57,457 nucleotides of DNA from Elusimicrobia bacterium LH_S2 (lineage in GTDB: Bacteria > CG03 > SLGR01 > JAGXOG01): assembly GCA_023660015.1 (NCBI GenBank), contig JAGXOG010000002.1:1-57457 (forward strand). Direction: 5' to 3'. The notes beneath the pieces were generated by a model that was not told the DNA's origin, did not search any database, and worked only from the letters and a program-made list of their open reading frames with translations. Positions 1 to 9,536 of this stretch are shown piece after piece. Position 1 is the stretch's first letter; each line of letters starts with the position of its first letter. The translations under genes were made by a program, and so were the position numbers.

Positions 1-17
1 GAAATAATTACAGTAAT

Positions 18-368
18 ATGTATAATAATATTTATCCCTATGATGAGATAATGGTATTTATTAAAGGTCAGAATGCAAATAATCTGAAGGTTTATGCGCC
101 TATGGAAACGGAACCAAGTAAATTCTATTTGGCCAAGTATAATTTATTTAATAAAGTTATATGGGATAGGAAAATCCCCGATAATTTAAATATAAATTGT
201 CTCACTGATTATTTAAGAAAGAATAAATTTGATATACTATTAATACATGAAAGTGAAATTTTTAGAGAAATATTAAAAAATATAAGTAATGTTAAGGAGC
301 TAACTTTGCTCAGGGAATTAAAATCTTATGAAAATAGTATTTTTATATATAAATATACAGGTTTATGA
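18..368 (+). CDS. hypothetical protein; the frame stays open back to base 3, so it may be the 3' end of a longer gene
   Basis: 116-aa ORF from the track with no motif I recognise. Codons upstream of the ATG (bases 3-17) contain no stop. Confidence 0.35.
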   Translation: MYNNIYPYDEIMVFIKGQNANNLKVYAPMETEPSKFYLAKYNLFNKVIWDRKIPDNLNINCLTDYLRKNKFDILLIHESEIFREILKNISNVKELTLLRELKSYENSIFIYKYTGL

Positions 369-392
369 ATAATATTAAAAAAATATAATAAA

Positions 393-2045
393 ATGAGAAA
401 AGTTGCAGTAATCGGTTTAGATGGGGCTACTTTTGATCTAATAATTCCCTGGATAAAAATGGGTAAATTACCTACTTTTAAGAGATTAATGGAGACTGGA
501 AGTTACGGCAGTCTCGAAAGCACAATACCTCCTATAACGGCTCCTGCATGGTCTTCGTTCAAAACCGGAGTAAATCCCGGGAAACATGGAATATACGAAT
601 TTTGGAAACGAAAACACGATAGTTACAAATTAACTGTTGATACTTCATTAAAAGTTAAATATCCTGCAGTATGGGATATACTTTCTATGTATGATAAGAA
701 AAATGTTATTATAAATCTGCCAACTTCATATCCGGCAAGAGAAATTAATGGCGTAATGATAACTGGGGCATTGACTCCTGATCTTTCCAGTAAGGGATTT
801 GTTTTTCCTGAAAAACTAAAGAAGGAATTATTTAAAGAAATTCCTGATTATAAAATAGATCCACAAAACACATTTAAAAATGAAAAAGATACTGGTTTTC
901 TATATTCTCTTTACCATGAGATAGATATGCGCAAGAGAACTATATTAACGTTTATGAAAAAATATTCCTGGGATTTATTTGTAGGTGTATTTCGAGCATC
1001 TGACAGTGTACAACATAATTTGTGGAAATATTATGATAGCAAACATCCAAAATATAAAATAAATAAAAATTTCAGAGATGGTATTTTTTCTGTATATAAG
1101 AAAATTGACCAGGCTTTGGATGAAATAACACGCCAGTTGCCAGATGATACTGATTTAATTATTGTGTCTGATCATGGCGCTGGTCCGCTTACAAAAGTTT
1201 TAAATATAAATTATTGGCTCTATAAAAACGGTTATTTGAAAATAAAAAAAACCATATTATCTTATGTCAAACTTTTTTTGTTTAAAATTGGTTTTACACC
1301 TGTTAATGTTTATAACATATTAAGTCTTTTTAAGCTGAGTAATATTAAAAAGGCTGTAAGATACAATGTTGTGGGGAGATTACTGCTAAAAACGCTATTC
1401 CTTTCATTTGACGATGTTGATTGGTCAAAGACCAGAGCATACGCATATGGATTTGTTGGGGAAATTTATATTAACCTCAAAGGTAGGGAACCTCAAGGAA
1501 TTGTAGACAGAAAAGATTATAAAAAGACAAGAAAAGAGATTTCAGATAAATTACAAAAAATAACTTATGTTAACGAAGAAAAAATTATTAATAAAATATT
1601 TTATAAGGAACAAATATATAAGGGCGATTTTATTGAAGATGCTCCAGATATAATCTTTTTTCCAAAAGATCTTGAATGGTTATGTTCCGGTGATTTCGAA
1701 TTTACTTCAAATTGCCTTGTGTATGATCCTCCGGTTACTTCTTCTGGTCATCATCGAATGAATGGTATCTTCATTGCAAATGGAGAAATTTTTAAGAAAA
1801 ATTTTAATTTTGACAAGGCAAATATTATAGATATAGCTCCAACTTTACTTCATATATTGGGCCTGCCAGTTGCTTCTCATATGGATGGTAGGGTTATCAA
1901 AGAGATTTTTACCGGCAATTTTAATAAAGAATATAAAATAAGATATGAAGATATTGACATAACAGGAAAGCGAGGAAAGAAATTATCTGAGGAAGAAGAA
2001 CGTTCAATTTTAGGCAGATTAGAGGATCTGGGTTATATGGGATAA
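393..2045 (+). CDS. AlkP-superfamily type I phosphodiesterase/nucleotide pyrophosphatase-like enzyme (COG3379-like), cytoplasmic
   Basis: 550 aa. Has 'VIGLDGATFDL', the Thr-nucleophile loop 'PPITAPAWSSFKTGVNPGKHG', 'VSDHG' and 'GHHRMNG'. No signal peptide or TM. C-terminal tail is 'LGRLEDLGYMG'. Confidence 0.8.
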   Translation: MRKVAVIGLDGATFDLIIPWIKMGKLPTFKRLMETGSYGSLESTIPPITAPAWSSFKTGVNPGKHGIYEFWKRKHDSYKLTVDTSLKVKYPAVWDILSMYDKKNVIINLPTSYPAREINGVMITGALTPDLSSKGFVFPEKLKKELFKEIPDYKIDPQNTFKNEKDTGFLYSLYHEIDMRKRTILTFMKKYSWDLFVGVFRASDSVQHNLWKYYDSKHPKYKINKNFRDGIFSVYKKIDQALDEITRQLPDDTDLIIVSDHGAGPLTKVLNINYWLYKNGYLKIKKTILSYVKLFLFKIGFTPVNVYNILSLFKLSNIKKAVRYNVVGRLLLKTLFLSFDDVDWSKTRAYAYGFVGEIYINLKGREPQGIVDRKDYKKTRKEISDKLQKITYVNEEKIINKIFYKEQIYKGDFIEDAPDIIFFPKDLEWLCSGDFEFTSNCLVYDPPVTSSGHHRMNGIFIANGEIFKKNFNFDKANIIDIAPTLLHILGLPVASHMDGRVIKEIFTGNFNKEYKIRYEDIDITGKRGKKLSEEEERSILGRLEDLGYMG

Positions 2046-2268
2046 TTAAATGTTGAGTAATAAGGAAAAGATATTAAGATAGGCAAAGTCTTTTCCAGCG
2101 CAAGTTTACCCTGAAATAAAAATCAGGATACTTGAAAAATAACCTCAAAAAGCCATAATTTAGGCATTATGATAATCAAAATGGAAGATTTAAATATGAG
2201 GGACATTAAAATGGTAAAGGAATTTTCATATAATAAAAATTTTATTTATCTATGGGAAATAATTCAGA

Positions 2269-3924
2269 ATGAAACCTGAAATTCTTATTATCGGGCTTGA
2301 CGGGATGCATTGGGGATTGTTAAATCAGTTTATTAATAATGGACTAATGCCTAATGTAAAGAAAATTGTTAAGGGAGGAGCTTATTCTCCTCTTATAACT
2401 CCCTTTCCCCCGCTTACACCGGTTGCCTGGACATCTTTTCAAACCGGCTTAAAGCCGGAAAATCACGGGCTCATGGATTTTTTTTACAGGGAAGAAAAAT
2501 CCTATATGGCATATCCTTATGATGCTACTATGAATAAAGGTAAATCTATTTGGAAATATTTAAGTGAAAAAGGGAAGTCGGTTGGTTCTATTAATATGCC
2601 GATGACATATCCCCCTCAAAAAGTAAATGGCTATATTGTTGCCGGCACGCTTACTCCTGTTGATGCGGATATTTTTACTTATCCTAAAGAATTATCCGCT
2701 GAGCTTAAAAGAGAGCTGGGAAAATATTATATACACCATACTGTAGTGTATGAAAAAGGCAAAATTCCAGATTTTTTAAAGCAGCAAAGAGATATAATGA
2801 ATAACAGGACGAAGGCCGCTCTTTACCTAATGAAAAATCACCCTGTTGATGTTATGATGCTGCATTACCTGGGAACTGACAGGATTCAACATGAACTTTG
2901 GCATGTGATGGATTCCGAGCATCCGGCTTACAATCCTGCTGAAAGTTGCTATAAAACTGGAATAGACCAGTTTTTTAGAAAACTTGATGCTAATATAGGG
3001 AAAATAATAAAGGAAGTTCCTGATAAATGCCGTATTATTTTAATGTCGGATCACGGGTTTGGCCCGGTTCATGAATATTTCCATGTTAATACCTTTCTTT
3101 ATAAGAAAGGATTTTTAAAGTTTAAAAAAGATCCTCTTACATTTTTTAAAAGATTATTTTTTAATTGCGGTTTTACGCCCGGTAATGTTTATAAAATTAT
3201 GAGTCGTCTTGGAATTTCTAATTTAAGGAGGACAACAAATATTTCACGGAGGTATGAACTGCTAAGAAAAATATTTCTCTCATTTAATAATGTTGACTGG
3301 AAAAATACAAAAGCGTATTCACTTGGAAATTTTGGCCAGATTTTCATAAATATAAAAGGTCGTGAACCTTTAGGAGTTGTATCACCTGGTGAAGAATATA
3401 TAAACACCATAAATGCAATTACAGAGAAACTTAAGAATTTAAAAAATCGTCAGAAAAAAAAGGTAATAGATGAAGTTTATAATGGTAAAGATTTTTATGG
3501 AAAGAGCGGTAATAATATTCCCGATATTATATTTAAAACAAAAGAGTTGAAAATATATCCATTAGGGACAGCTGATTTTTCTTCTTCAAATATTATTGAG
3601 CCAATATACGGGCACACGGGTAATCACAGAATGGACGGAATATTTTCAATTACCGGGGAAGGTGTAAAGCTAGGCAAGATAAATAAAAAAATATTTATCT
3701 ATGATATTTTTTCGTTAATTTGTTATATTACAGGAGTACCGATACCTAAAAAGCTCGATGGAAAATTTAACAGCGGCATATTTACACAACAACATTTGAA
3801 AAATTATAAGCCGTTTTATACAAATAAACCGATAGTATCTTATAATAATAATAACAATGAATTGAGCAAAGAAGAGAAAGAAACGGTAAAAAGACATTTA
3901 TCTGATTTAGGATATATGGGATAA
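2269..3924 (+). CDS. AlkP-superfamily type I phosphodiesterase/nucleotide pyrophosphatase-like enzyme, tandem paralog of 393..2045
   Basis: 551 aa, colinear with the upstream ORF ('IIGLDGMHW', 'PPLTPVAWTSFQTGLKPENHG', 'MSDHG', 'GNHRMDG', 'FINIKGREPLG'). C-terminal tail is 'VKRHLSDLGYMG'. Confidence 0.8.
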   Translation: MKPEILIIGLDGMHWGLLNQFINNGLMPNVKKIVKGGAYSPLITPFPPLTPVAWTSFQTGLKPENHGLMDFFYREEKSYMAYPYDATMNKGKSIWKYLSEKGKSVGSINMPMTYPPQKVNGYIVAGTLTPVDADIFTYPKELSAELKRELGKYYIHHTVVYEKGKIPDFLKQQRDIMNNRTKAALYLMKNHPVDVMMLHYLGTDRIQHELWHVMDSEHPAYNPAESCYKTGIDQFFRKLDANIGKIIKEVPDKCRIILMSDHGFGPVHEYFHVNTFLYKKGFLKFKKDPLTFFKRLFFNCGFTPGNVYKIMSRLGISNLRRTTNISRRYELLRKIFLSFNNVDWKNTKAYSLGNFGQIFINIKGREPLGVVSPGEEYINTINAITEKLKNLKNRQKKKVIDEVYNGKDFYGKSGNNIPDIIFKTKELKIYPLGTADFSSSNIIEPIYGHTGNHRMDGIFSITGEGVKLGKINKKIFIYDIFSLICYITGVPIPKKLDGKFNSGIFTQQHLKNYKPFYTNKPIVSYNNNNNELSKEEKETVKRHLSDLGYMG

Positions 3925-3942
3925 AAAACAGGAAGGTTATTG

Positions 3943-4971
3943 ATGATTAATATAGTAGTTATAGGAGCAGGTTACTGGGGACGGAATCTTATAAGAAATG
4001 CGTATGAACTTGAGGCATTGCACACAATTTGTGATTGTGACGACCGGAGTTTAGCTAAGTTAAAGAAAAAGTATCCCGGTGTTGAAATGGAAAATAATAT
4101 AAATGAAGTTATCACTAACGATTTAATTGATGCCGTTATCATTGCCACACCGGCCTCAACTCATTATGAATTGACAAAGAAATTTTTAAATGCCGGCAAG
4201 CATGTTATGGTAGAAAAACCTTTTACGCTTAATATGGCTGAAGCCAAGGAACTTGTTGGATTGGCAGAAACAAAGGGCTTAAAGCTTATGGTGGGTATGA
4301 CATTTATATATAATCAGGCCGTAAGAAAAGTAAAAGACATTATTGAAAGAGGAAGTTTAGGTGAGATTTATTACATATATTTTGAAAGGGTTAACCTGGG
4401 GAAAGTCAGACAGGATGTCAATGTCTGGTGGAATCTTGCCCCCCATGATATATCAATAGCGCTTTACTGGCTGGACAGCGAGGCGGAAACAATAAATGCA
4501 AGCGGTGAGAGTTATCTGCAGAAAAATATACATGATGTAGTATGGGCAAATGTGAAATTTAAAAACGGAACTAATGCATTTATACATACTTCATGGCTGC
4601 ATCCTCAAAAAACAAGGAAATCTGTTATTATAGGTTCCAGGAAGATGCTTATTTATGACGATACGTCTTCTGATATGAAAATCCGGATATATGATAAAGG
4701 GATAGATCAAAAAAATATTTCCGAAAAATTAAGCGAATACGAGAACTTCGGCCAATTTCAGTTTATCCAGAGAGCCGGGGATATACTTATCCCGAAAATA
4801 GATTTCACGGAGCCGCTCCGAGAAGAAGTTTCTCATTTTATTGAATGTATCAGGCAGGATAAAGTACCGATAACCGGTGGCAGATGGAGTTCGGAAATAG
4901 TAAATATACTTGCCGCGGGCCAGAAATCGCTGGAGAATAAGGGAATAAATATAAAATTAAACGGAGAATAA
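3943..4971 (+). CDS. Gfo/Idh/MocA family NAD(P)-dependent sugar oxidoreductase
   Basis: Rossmann start 'IVVIGAGYWGRN' and 'HVMVEKPF' (the EKP motif). ATG at 3943 is preferred over the track's TTG at 3940; the aggaagg SD sits upstream. Confidence 0.85.
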   Translation: MINIVVIGAGYWGRNLIRNAYELEALHTICDCDDRSLAKLKKKYPGVEMENNINEVITNDLIDAVIIATPASTHYELTKKFLNAGKHVMVEKPFTLNMAEAKELVGLAETKGLKLMVGMTFIYNQAVRKVKDIIERGSLGEIYYIYFERVNLGKVRQDVNVWWNLAPHDISIALYWLDSEAETINASGESYLQKNIHDVVWANVKFKNGTNAFIHTSWLHPQKTRKSVIIGSRKMLIYDDTSSDMKIRIYDKGIDQKNISEKLSEYENFGQFQFIQRAGDILIPKIDFTEPLREEVSHFIECIRQDKVPITGGRWSSEIVNILAAGQKSLENKGINIKLNGE

Positions 4972-4974
4972 TTA

Positions 4975-5922
4975 ATGTACAAAAATAAAAAAATTTCACT
5001 TGTTATTCCCGCCAGAAACGAAGAAAAACTGATAAAGCCGACACTGAAAAGTATACCCGGAGTAATTGATAAGATTTATGTCATAGATGACGGCAGTACG
5101 GATAATATGGCAGAAGCAGTTAAAAAACAAGCGCAGGAAGACAGCAGGGTAGAACTTATTTCAAATGAAGAAAATGTCGGCCCGGGTGGTTCTATAATAA
5201 AAGGGTATCTTAAATCTTCTGATGAAGGATATGATATAGCAGTGGTAATCGGCGGAGATAATCAGATGCCTATAGAAGATGTGGGGAATTTCCTTGATCC
5301 TCTGATTGAAGAAGATTATGATTATACAAAAGGCAACAGGTTTCTGGTTGAAGAGAATGTTTTTGAAGATATGCCCAATATTCGTTTGCTTGGCAATTCC
5401 ATAATCTCTTTGTTAACTAAAATTGCATCAGGACATTATAAATTATTTGATTTTGTTGACGGTTACACAGCAATAACAAAAAGAGCAATTGACACATTGA
5501 ATTGGAATAAGGCATGGAAGAAATACGGATATCCGATGGATTTTTTAATACGGTTAAATGCCTATGGTTTTAATACAAAAGATATTCCGAGAAAAGCCAT
5601 ATATCTTGAAGGGGAAAGACAGTCTCAGATAAAAGGATTGATGTACGCGCTGCAGGTATCCCCGATGTTGATAAAAGGATTTTTCTGGAGGCTTTTCAAG
5701 AGATATTTTTATAGAGATTTTCATCCTCTCTTTTTTCTTTATCTGTTTGGAATTTTGTTTATGGTTTTAGGAGTTCTCTGGGGTTTATATCTAATATATT
5801 TTCAGATTACCGGGGTCGGCGTGAGCGGACCGAGAGCTGTAATAGATGCAATTTTGTTAATTGTAGGTTTTCAGTCATTCTGGTTCGGTATGTTGTTTGA
5901 CATGTATGAAAATAACATCTGA
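4975..5922 (+). CDS. GT2 polyprenyl-phosphate glycosyltransferase (DPM1/ArnC/GtrB-like) with C-terminal TM helices
   Basis: 'ISLVIPARNEE' and 'VIDDGSTD', with a hydrophobic C-terminus 'FFLYLFGILFMVLGVLWGLYLIYF'. Confidence 0.85.
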   Translation: MYKNKKISLVIPARNEEKLIKPTLKSIPGVIDKIYVIDDGSTDNMAEAVKKQAQEDSRVELISNEENVGPGGSIIKGYLKSSDEGYDIAVVIGGDNQMPIEDVGNFLDPLIEEDYDYTKGNRFLVEENVFEDMPNIRLLGNSIISLLTKIASGHYKLFDFVDGYTAITKRAIDTLNWNKAWKKYGYPMDFLIRLNAYGFNTKDIPRKAIYLEGERQSQIKGLMYALQVSPMLIKGFFWRLFKRYFYRDFHPLFFLYLFGILFMVLGVLWGLYLIYFQITGVGVSGPRAVIDAILLIVGFQSFWFGMLFDMYENNI

Positions 5923-5933
5923 AAGTTGAATAC

Positions 5934-7178
5934 TTGAATTTGAATTCTAAAAAATTTCTACTTTTTTTACTTATCATAGCTTTTTTTATCAGAGCTTTTT
6001 TTGGAATATTTCTTACAATTAAAAATATTAATCCTCAGCGTGATGCAGCGGGGTATGATGCTATAGCCGTAAATATATTTAAACATGGAGAGTTTGCTTT
6101 TGAGCAGGGTACCCCAACGATGAGAAGGGCCCCGTTATATCCATTGTTTCTTTCAGGAATTTATGCTGTTTTCGGTCACAGTTATCTTTCCGTAAGACTG
6201 ATTCAGTCCTTTCTTGAAACTTTAACATGTTTTTTAATATTTTTGATAGGAAAAAAAATTTTTAATGAATATACAGGATTTATTGCATTAATCCTAAGTG
6301 TAATTTATCCTTTTTTTATTTATTATACCGGTATGCTTCTTGTCGAAACATTGCTTATTTTTTTGATTGCTATAATAATCTATCTTATGGTTATTAGTAT
6401 AGATTATAAGACCAAAAGAAAGATGGTTTTGATTGGCATAGCATTTGCTGCAGCAGGTTTATGCAAACCTACATTTTACCCTATGATTTTTTTATTCAGC
6501 ATTTTTTTATTTATTCATGCAGAGAATAAAATAAAAGTTACAAAATACTTATTGCTCATGTTTGTTCCATTTATTATTACAGTTGTCCCCTGGGGAATAA
6601 GAAATAAGATTGTGTTTGAAAAATTTGAAATAACTCATGAAGGTGGAATGCAAAACCTTTTCGATTCTTTGCTTACCGCTAATAAAGGCTCTACCGGCTT
6701 AGCAACTGAAGAAGTATATAAAGATGAAAGGCATATAAAAGGACTTGGAAAGAAGCCAGAAGAAAGAGGGAATTATTATTTTAATCAGTTTAAAAAACTT
6801 TTAATAAAAAATCCTTTAGCTTTTATAAAAAATGCGGGTTTTAAATTTTTTAGGCTATGGAGAGTCTATCCCATGTTAGGTAAGGTTGACGCTTCTGTGA
6901 GACCAGCTAATATAATAGTTGTTTTAGGATTTGCATATTATGATATAATTTTACTGTTATCAATAAGTGCTTTGGTTATTTATAGAAAATTTTCAAGAAA
7001 AATTATCCTTTTGGTTTTACCCGCAATAAATATAAGCATTGTACATATGATTTTTTCTTCCATTCCAAGATACAGGAGACCTGCTATTCCCGGTTTATTG
7101 ATTCTTGCGGCCGGAACTATTTTCTATATTATACAGAAATTGAACAAGAAAGAACTGATGAGGAGGAATTATGACTAA
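5934..7178 (+). CDS. GT-C fold glycosyltransferase, family 39 / ArnT-PMT_2-like integral membrane protein
   Basis: 414 aa and polytopic. 'DAAGYDAIAVNIFKHGEF...RAPLYPLFLSGIYAVFG' matches the ArnT/PMT_2 N-terminal pattern. TTG start. Confidence 0.75.
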   Translation: MNLNSKKFLLFLLIIAFFIRAFFGIFLTIKNINPQRDAAGYDAIAVNIFKHGEFAFEQGTPTMRRAPLYPLFLSGIYAVFGHSYLSVRLIQSFLETLTCFLIFLIGKKIFNEYTGFIALILSVIYPFFIYYTGMLLVETLLIFLIAIIIYLMVISIDYKTKRKMVLIGIAFAAAGLCKPTFYPMIFLFSIFLFIHAENKIKVTKYLLLMFVPFIITVVPWGIRNKIVFEKFEITHEGGMQNLFDSLLTANKGSTGLATEEVYKDERHIKGLGKKPEERGNYYFNQFKKLLIKNPLAFIKNAGFKFFRLWRVYPMLGKVDASVRPANIIVVLGFAYYDIILLLSISALVIYRKFSRKIILLVLPAINISIVHMIFSSIPRYRRPAIPGLLILAAGTIFYIIQKLNKKELMRRNYD

Positions 7179-8607
7179 AAAGAAACCTAATATAATAATA
7201 ATAACTTTGGATACCGTAAGAAAAGATGCTATCGGGATTTATGGTGGCAAAGGAATAACTCCAAATATAGATAAAATAGCAGAAAAAGGAGTTGTATTTA
7301 ACAGAGCCTATACTCAATGCAATACTACACTCCCGTCTCATTCTAGTATTCTAACGGGGCTTTATCCCTTTAATCACGGGAGCAGAACAAATTATCAGGG
7401 AATGGGAAAAGAAGTTTTGAATATTCCTCAGTTTTTAAAGAAAAAAGGATATGCGACAGGTGCCTTCCTTAGCATGACAATGGAAGGGCTTGAAAGAGGG
7501 TTTGATGTTTTTGATACCAAATTTGGGTCCCCAATAAACAGGGTTAAGTTATTAAATAAAGTTTATAACAGAGCGAAAAAATTTCTTATTAAATATAATT
7601 TTATGAATAGTGTTCAGACTGCCGGAATAAGTAAAATTTTTAAAAATAAAACAGAGAAATTATATACCAGAGAAGCGAAAGATACGACTATAGCTTCGAA
7701 AGAGTGGATAAAGAAAAAGAGAGATAAACAAAAACCTGTCTTTATGTGGGTACATTATCTTGATGCCCATGTGCCTTATGCCCCCCCTGAGAAATTTTTA
7801 AAGATGCATTCCAAAGACGGATTTAAAGACAATAACAAACAGAACCTTTATGACATGCTTAATTTTTTACCTTGCCATAAGAAATTGATGAAAAGATGGC
7901 TTAAGGATATTCAAAGTATAGAATATGTTAAAGCAATGTATAGAGCAGAGGTTTCTTATATAGATTTCTGGTTTGGAGAACTGGTAAAAAGCCTCAAAGA
8001 AGAAGATTTATGGGAAAACAGTATGGTATATATCCTTGCTGATCACGGAGAGTCATTCTTAAGGGAGTATTCTTTTTATCATGATACCATGTATGAAGAA
8101 GTTATTAATATTCCCTTTATTGTAAAATATCCGGGAAAATTTAAGGAATTGCTGGTTAGCGATTTAATAGTGGGTGCTATTGATATAGCACCTACGATTG
8201 TAAATGGAGTCGATAGTGCAGGAGATATAAAATTTGACGGCATGGATATTACAGAAATATTAGAAAGAAAGAATAAGAAGCGAATGATTTACACGGAATC
8301 TTACGGGACAAAGAGGTTTCATCCGGTGGGTATAGAGGAAAAGATGCGTTCAGTTATTGGTGAAAAGTGGAAGATTATAGCAGTACCTAATACCGAAAAA
8401 ACTTATAAGTTTGAATTATATGATTTGGAAAGCGAGCAATGTGAAGAAAACAACCTTTTTAATGAAAGGGCAGAACATGCGAAAACAATGATAGACATAT
8501 TAAACGAATATCTTAAAAAGGATAAGCAAGTAGCGGTAAAAGCAAATGATTTCTCAAAGGATAAAGACGTAATTGAAAGACTTAAAAGGCTGGGTTATAT
8601 AGATTGA
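7171..8607 (+). CDS. sulfatase-family (PF00884-like) hydrolase/transferase with an NPP-type Thr nucleophile loop; probably not a sulfatase
   Basis: 'IIIITLDTVRKD', 'CNTTLPSHSSILTGLYPFNHG', 'WVHYLDAHVPY' and 'LADHGE'. No CxPxR formylglycine motif and no signal peptide. C-terminal tail is 'IERLKRLGYID'. Confidence 0.8.
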   Translation: MTKKKPNIIIITLDTVRKDAIGIYGGKGITPNIDKIAEKGVVFNRAYTQCNTTLPSHSSILTGLYPFNHGSRTNYQGMGKEVLNIPQFLKKKGYATGAFLSMTMEGLERGFDVFDTKFGSPINRVKLLNKVYNRAKKFLIKYNFMNSVQTAGISKIFKNKTEKLYTREAKDTTIASKEWIKKKRDKQKPVFMWVHYLDAHVPYAPPEKFLKMHSKDGFKDNNKQNLYDMLNFLPCHKKLMKRWLKDIQSIEYVKAMYRAEVSYIDFWFGELVKSLKEEDLWENSMVYILADHGESFLREYSFYHDTMYEEVINIPFIVKYPGKFKELLVSDLIVGAIDIAPTIVNGVDSAGDIKFDGMDITEILERKNKKRMIYTESYGTKRFHPVGIEEKMRSVIGEKWKIIAVPNTEKTYKFELYDLESEQCEENNLFNERAEHAKTMIDILNEYLKKDKQVAVKANDFSKDKDVIERLKRLGYID

Positions 8608-9536
8608 AGTTGTCGAGAAAGAGCAAGTTTTTTTTAAAAATAGCATTAAGTATTTTATTACTTTATGTAATATTTAAATTTGTAAATATAAATTCAGTTT
8701 TAAAAAATTTTGAAAAGATAAACTATTCATATATAGCATATCCTTTTCTTTTTTTATTGTTAAGATATTTTTTTTCAGCTTTATCAATTTGGATTTTGCT
8801 TATACCGTTTAGTAAAATTAAATTTTTTAAATTTATGATGATAAATACTGTAAGTATTGGATTAGGATACTGGACACCTGCTCAAACAGGCGAGGCAAGC
8901 ATCGTTTTTTTTTTAAAAAAAATAAAAGTCGAAAGTAAGCAAAGTTTTGCAATATTTACTTTTAATAAATTAATAAGCGTTATAATTATTTTAATTATGG
9001 GTCTAATCGGATTAAAATACTTCGGTTATGGAGTTATTGGTTATGCTACAGCTGCTGTAGTATTTTTAACCGCATATGTTGTCACTTATCCAGAAGTTTC
9101 AAAAAAAATAGGCAAGGTTGCGATGAAACTGAAATTTATAAAGCGCTTTAGAGATATATTCGATGTAGTTTATATTTTGGTAAATAGCAAAAGAAAGTAT
9201 ATTTTTCTAAATTTGCTTACAAATACCGTAAAATTCTTATGTACCGGAATTATGGTCTATTATTCTTTTAAGGTGATAGGACTTCATGTCCCGTATTTTC
9301 TTACAGTGTTTGTAATTCTTTTAGCAAAAATACCTACTTTTATTCCAGTCAGTTTTGCAGGTTTAGGGATTTTGGAATCTGGAGGAGTCTATTTTTTTCA
9401 TCAGCTTGGATTTAATAGTGCAGATGTATTGGCAGGTCTATTTTTGAATAGACTTATTGTTGTAGCATCTGTCATCTTGATTCTGGTTTTTGGGGTTATA
9501 AATTATAAAAAATTAATTCATAAGAGGGTAAAATGA
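8604..9536 (+). CDS. flippase-like membrane protein (lysylphosphatidylglycerol-synthase TM region / UPF0104 family)
   Basis: 310 aa with about 8 TM segments. The family-typical 'TPAQTGEA' loop follows TM3. TTG start overlaps the upstream stop. Confidence 0.6.
   Translation: MKLSRKSKFFLKIALSILLLYVIFKFVNINSVLKNFEKINYSYIAYPFLFLLLRYFFSALSIWILLIPFSKIKFFKFMMINTVSIGLGYWTPAQTGEASIVFFLKKIKVESKQSFAIFTFNKLISVIIILIMGLIGLKYFGYGVIGYATAAVVFLTAYVVTYPEVSKKIGKVAMKLKFIKRFRDIFDVVYILVNSKRKYIFLNLLTNTVKFLCTGIMVYYSFKVIGLHVPYFLTVFVILLAKIPTFIPVSFAGLGILESGGVYFFHQLGFNSADVLAGLFLNRLIVVASVILILVFGVINYKKLIHKRVK

Noticed and set aside
2169-2279. A 36-codon upstream ORF ('MIIKMEDLNMRDIK...') in the spacer between the two AlkP paralogs, overlapping the start at 2269.
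   Set aside because: There is no Shine-Dalgarno sequence and no recognisable leader-peptide logic. The sequence is AT-rich, so short ORFs arise by chance.
8905-8922. Long A/T homopolymers as phase-variation tracts: T10+A8 in the flippase-like gene, and T8 and T9 at 21744..21763 in a GT4.
   Set aside because: Comparable tracts occur in essential housekeeping genes here, for example A9 at 35652..35660 in fabH. In this AT-rich genome they are probably background and encode Phe/Lys runs.
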